From Porphyridium purpureum (taxonomy: Eukaryota): a stretch of DNA of 64,000 nucleotides. The notes under the pieces are model-generated. The model saw only the letters and a program-made list of their open reading frames with translations, ran no database searches and was not told the origin of the DNA. The position numbers and the translations under genes were made by a program. Positions 60,920 to 64,000 of the stretch are shown piece after piece (within the stretch, counting starts at the first letter, position 1; every line of letters begins with the position of its first letter). The stretch spans positions 1,674,001-1,738,000 of the forward strand of contig VRMN01000001.1 in NCBI GenBank assembly GCA_008690995.1, given 5' to 3'.

Positions 60920-62563
60920 ATGGATGGTGAACGTTATGGGCTTGCGCAGATGGGACATGAGCGTGCAACTCGTAGTGGAGGGGGGTCTGCGCATGCCGCT
61001 GACCCGTTCACGTTGGACACGAGTTTGTTGGGCAGCTCAGATACTCAGTCTGTGCGGGAGGTGTGGAACTATGTGTGCAGAGTCATGTACGCGGAGCCCT
61101 TTCGGAGCTGGCTGTTCTGTTCCGAGCAGAACTCGTTGCCCTTCCTGCCGCCAATGGCGCAGGTCGAAATGGGCGTCGTGCTCGATAGCGTTTCGAACGA
61201 CGCGAACGACGATGTCGCTGAAGAGCAGCAGCAGGTCCTCGCGCCGCCGTCTCAAGGCGCCGACCAAGTGCCGGACTTTTTATTCGTTCCATTTGTGTTT
61301 TCAGAGGCCGGCTGCATGGGCGTGTATCGCTCAAAGTTTGGGCTCTTGCCCTTGGAATTGATGATGCCGGACCTTGAGCTCACGCAGAATAGTTTCGGTC
61401 GTTTCGTTAGCCTCATTCCCCACGACTTGTGCGCGGGCCATATTGGTGTAAGATGGGTGGCAGACAATGTCGCTCGCATCATGTTTGCGGGGATTCATTC
61501 GGAACACCGTCATTTTACCTACGAATTTATTGTGCGCGACCCGTTGGTCAGGTGTGAACGTTTGTTTGCCGCTGTGCTGGAACACGCGGGGCCACCCTGC
61601 GATTTTTGCTATTGGAGAGGTATCTCCTCCTGCCAGTGTCCACGGCCACTGGTGTCGCGCTTGTCGCGGATACTCGCACAAAGTGTCGTCAACCACGAGC
61701 GCCGCTCGTGGACGCGCTTTGCTGGCATGGTGATCAGTTCGTGCCGAAAACTGGCACAGCAAAGTTTCGCGGTCCAGGTTTTGGACAGTGGGTGGCAGAA
61801 TGCAGCGCCCAAAGTCCACGTGGCGGTCACGCCATTGGCCACGCTCATGGGTACCGTTGACACAGACACCAGACGACATTCCTTGCGCAATGGCTTCTTC
61901 TCGCCGCTCCTGGACCGTGTGGGGCCAGGGATGAGTTTACTGACCGGTGCGAAAAGAGAGGAAGGGGTCCCGTCCGTATCTATTCTGACGAGCGAGAAGT
62001 ACCAAGAAAAAAGTAAGTCTGCGTCGGACCCAAGACAGCCACGGAGTCTAACCGCAGAGGGCGAAGTGGAAGCCTTTGATTCGGTCGATGAAGATGACGC
62101 ATCATCCCATCGCGAGTGGTGCGCCGCCGCAGAGCAACCGCTCGAGCATGCAGTTGATGCATCGCACGAAAGAAAGTCGGTGGCGATTGATGATACCCAT
62201 GCGGATGTTATTGAGGGAAAGCATTTTGATCGACTGCCCGCGGACGCTCCTGAAGTCCTGCAGGCCGAAAACAAGCGTTTCAGATGCTTGCTTTGTAACA
62301 CTAGGTACAGACGTCTGAACCACGTGAAAGTTCATGTGCGCAGCATGCACTTGCATCATAAAGATGCGATATGCGGAAACTGCGGACGAGGCTTTTCCTG
62401 TCGCGGCAACTTAAACCAACATATGCGCCAGGTGCACTGCAACGATCGACCCATTCCATGCGTGCATTGCCAGAAGAGTTTCAAGGTGCCTGCTCGGCTC
62501 AAGGCGCACATGCAGCGCGTGCACCCAACAGAATTATCCCAGAAGGAAACATTGTACAGGTAG
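60920..62563 (+). CDS. C2H2 zinc-finger protein with 3 C-terminal fingers and an uncharacterised N-terminal region
   Basis: CLLC ... HVRSMH, CGNC ... HMRQVH and CVHC ... HMQRVH. Confidence 0.85.
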   Translation: MDGERYGLAQMGHERATRSGGGSAHAADPFTLDTSLLGSSDTQSVREVWNYVCRVMYAEPFRSWLFCSEQNSLPFLPPMAQVEMGVVLDSVSNDANDDVAEEQQQVLAPPSQGADQVPDFLFVPFVFSEAGCMGVYRSKFGLLPLELMMPDLELTQNSFGRFVSLIPHDLCAGHIGVRWVADNVARIMFAGIHSEHRHFTYEFIVRDPLVRCERLFAAVLEHAGPPCDFCYWRGISSCQCPRPLVSRLSRILAQSVVNHERRSWTRFAGMVISSCRKLAQQSFAVQVLDSGWQNAAPKVHVAVTPLATLMGTVDTDTRRHSLRNGFFSPLLDRVGPGMSLLTGAKREEGVPSVSILTSEKYQEKSKSASDPRQPRSLTAEGEVEAFDSVDEDDASSHREWCAAAEQPLEHAVDASHERKSVAIDDTHADVIEGKHFDRLPADAPEVLQAENKRFRCLLCNTRYRRLNHVKVHVRSMHLHHKDAICGNCGRGFSCRGNLNQHMRQVHCNDRPIPCVHCQKSFKVPARLKAHMQRVHPTELSQKETLYR

Positions 62564-62672
62564 CATTCGAAGAGGGCGAACATCATGGTCCCGTTTTGAT
62601 TTTCTTCATCGCCTGCGCTCCAGGCGGCGTAATTTCTTGAGGGCCCTGCTACTTCTTCGACTCAAACGACGT

Positions 62673-63503
62673 CTACCGAGTCCCGCAGAAGCAGAAAAGT
62701 ATACCTGTACCGCAAAATATCAAAAAAATACGCGCTCCAACGTCGTTCGGCGTCAGCAAAGCTTGCTGAGCAATCTCATCGGCAGCTGAGGCAGCAGAGA
62801 ACGCCTCATCAAGCCAGCTCCGGTAGGACATGCAAAGGCCACGAGTGGCGGCCGCTGTACGAATGCGATCCAAATACGTTTCGCTCGGTTTCAAATCCAC
62901 ATTGGTGCGTCGCCACCACGAGGATACAAAGGCAACCGCCTCCATCTCTAGATCAGAACCATACGGCCGTACAGCAATCGTTTGCAGGATATACCCACCC
63001 TCTTTCTCCGCATGAAGCGCGATTTCTCGCTTCGACACAGGCACAAGGATTCCGTGCGCTTCAGGGTGCAATATTTCGTCTGACGTATTTTGTGAGCTCT
63101 CCAGCGTCTCAATCGATGCGTACCCTCCTTTCACATTGAACTTGAGTGTTCGGCCGATCGCCGTGGCGCGCAATGCTCTCCGACCACCGCCGCGTGTCTC
63201 GTAAATTCCACGACGGCGCCAGACTGATGGAGCGAGAAGGGCACCGTAACCGAACAGAAACTTGTCGCCCTCCTGCCAGCCGCAGCTTTCTTTAACCTCA
63301 TCGAGAGTCGTTGGAACAACCTGCTCCTGCGTCACATCCTCACCTCTCAAACCAGCGAAGCGACAAAGCCTCCGACCAGTCCAAGAAGGATGCCTGGCCC
63401 GTCGTCCCCCTGCGGATGACCGCAGAGGAGTGGGCCGCTGGATTGCAGCCGATCTGTACGCATAGCATGGCCACAGCAGGGGCGGCGTGGCCAGATTCAA
63501 CAT
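62673..63503 (-). CDS. Gamma-glutamylcyclotransferase-like protein with a C-terminal TM
   Basis: LFGYGALL, LKFNVKGGYASI, EKEGGY and KPSETYLDRI. Confidence 0.7.
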   Translation of the reverse strand: MLNLATPPLLWPCYAYRSAAIQRPTPLRSSAGGRRARHPSWTGRRLCRFAGLRGEDVTQEQVVPTTLDEVKESCGWQEGDKFLFGYGALLAPSVWRRRGIYETRGGGRRALRATAIGRTLKFNVKGGYASIETLESSQNTSDEILHPEAHGILVPVSKREIALHAEKEGGYILQTIAVRPYGSDLEMEAVAFVSSWWRRTNVDLKPSETYLDRIRTAAATRGLCMSYRSWLDEAFSAASAADEIAQQALLTPNDVGARIFLIFCGTGILFCFCGTR

Positions 63504-63663
63504 GTGGAACGCAGGCCAGCGACATGGAAGCTTGGCGAGGGTTTCACTTCTAAAAGCGAACGCTTCTACAAAAATGGAGCAAGGCGCACATGGAACAGAT
63601 TCCGATCACTTTCACTCTGTCCAACATCTACTGCCTACCCTCCGACCGCAATCACTGTTTTAC

Positions 63664-64000
63664 TCACTCTTTGAACGCCTTGAGCCAGTCTGCGACAGCC
63701 TGCTGATCGCGACCAACCCAAGCCGCGCGCACGCGAATACCTTCAGTGCACTGCGCGAGCTTCCTCTCCACGCCGGCCGTATCCACGGTCTTAAAGAACT
63801 CCTCGACATCCTTTGCTTTCGACTCGGTCACGAATCCGCTAGTCGCCAATTCCATGAAGCGTGTCAGCATAAAGTTGCCCGAACCGTATTTCTCCAACCA
63901 AACATTCCACTGAGTCTTAAGATATTCCCATGCCATATCAATGCCCAACGGATTTGCCGCCATTCCGCTCATCACGTACATCATATCTTGAGCCTTGACG
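63664..64000 (-). CDS. M1 (puromycin-sensitive-type) aminopeptidase, C-terminal part only
   Basis: VKAQD ... NPLGIDMAWEYLKTQW ... VEEFFK ... LAQCTEGIRVRAAW, ERAP1_C-like. Confidence 0.8.
   Translation of the reverse strand, partial: VKAQDMMYVMSGMAANPLGIDMAWEYLKTQWNVWLEKYGSGNFMLTRFMELATSGFVTESKAKDVEEFFKTVDTAGVERKLAQCTEGIRVRAAWVGRDQQAVADWLKAFKE

Noticed and set aside
17701..63503. Functional linkage of the two GGCT-fold genes
   Set aside because: They are about 45 kb apart, belong to different subtypes, and share no context.
1..64000. Prokaryotic origin, operons, defence systems or transposons
   Set aside because: Spliceosomal introns, eukaryote-specific genes and transit peptides show nuclear eukaryotic DNA. 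No transposase, reverse transcriptase, integrase or terminal repeats were recognised.

Overview
Gene-dense, intron-poor, GC-rich eukaryotic nuclear DNA. It is probably a unicellular red alga such as Porphyridium (inference from MAFV/MFV/MLGF-type plastid transit peptides, compact spacing and few introns). About 38 protein-coding genes can be supported, including a partial nuclear SecA, GH85 ENGase, a BET bromodomain protein, RPS3a, NSUN5, copine, an M28 peptidase split across two frames, a GNAT/Trm11-like fusion, a bacterial-type radical SAM protein, KRTCAP2, GT61-like, GT17 and GH47 glyco-enzymes, LSm8, a DEAD-box helicase, an aberrant flavohaemoglobin-like globin, TypA, eIF1A, PGP synthase and a G3BP-like protein. 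Four introns are modelled. Two box C/D snoRNAs with 13-nt 18S rRNA guides were read directly from the sequence: one in the eIF1A intron, and one that overlaps the putative first coding exon and 5' splice site of the ENGase gene. Non-coding DNA carries two recurring motif families: clustered GTAC (CTGTAC/GTACAG) sites, in several clusters spaced 9-11 bp apart and once expanded into an 11-bp minisatellite, and a GGCTAA/AAACCGTT family at head-to-tail gene junctions. No tRNA, rRNA, CRISPR array or transposon was recognised. All functional calls rest on motif recognition from memory, not on database searches.
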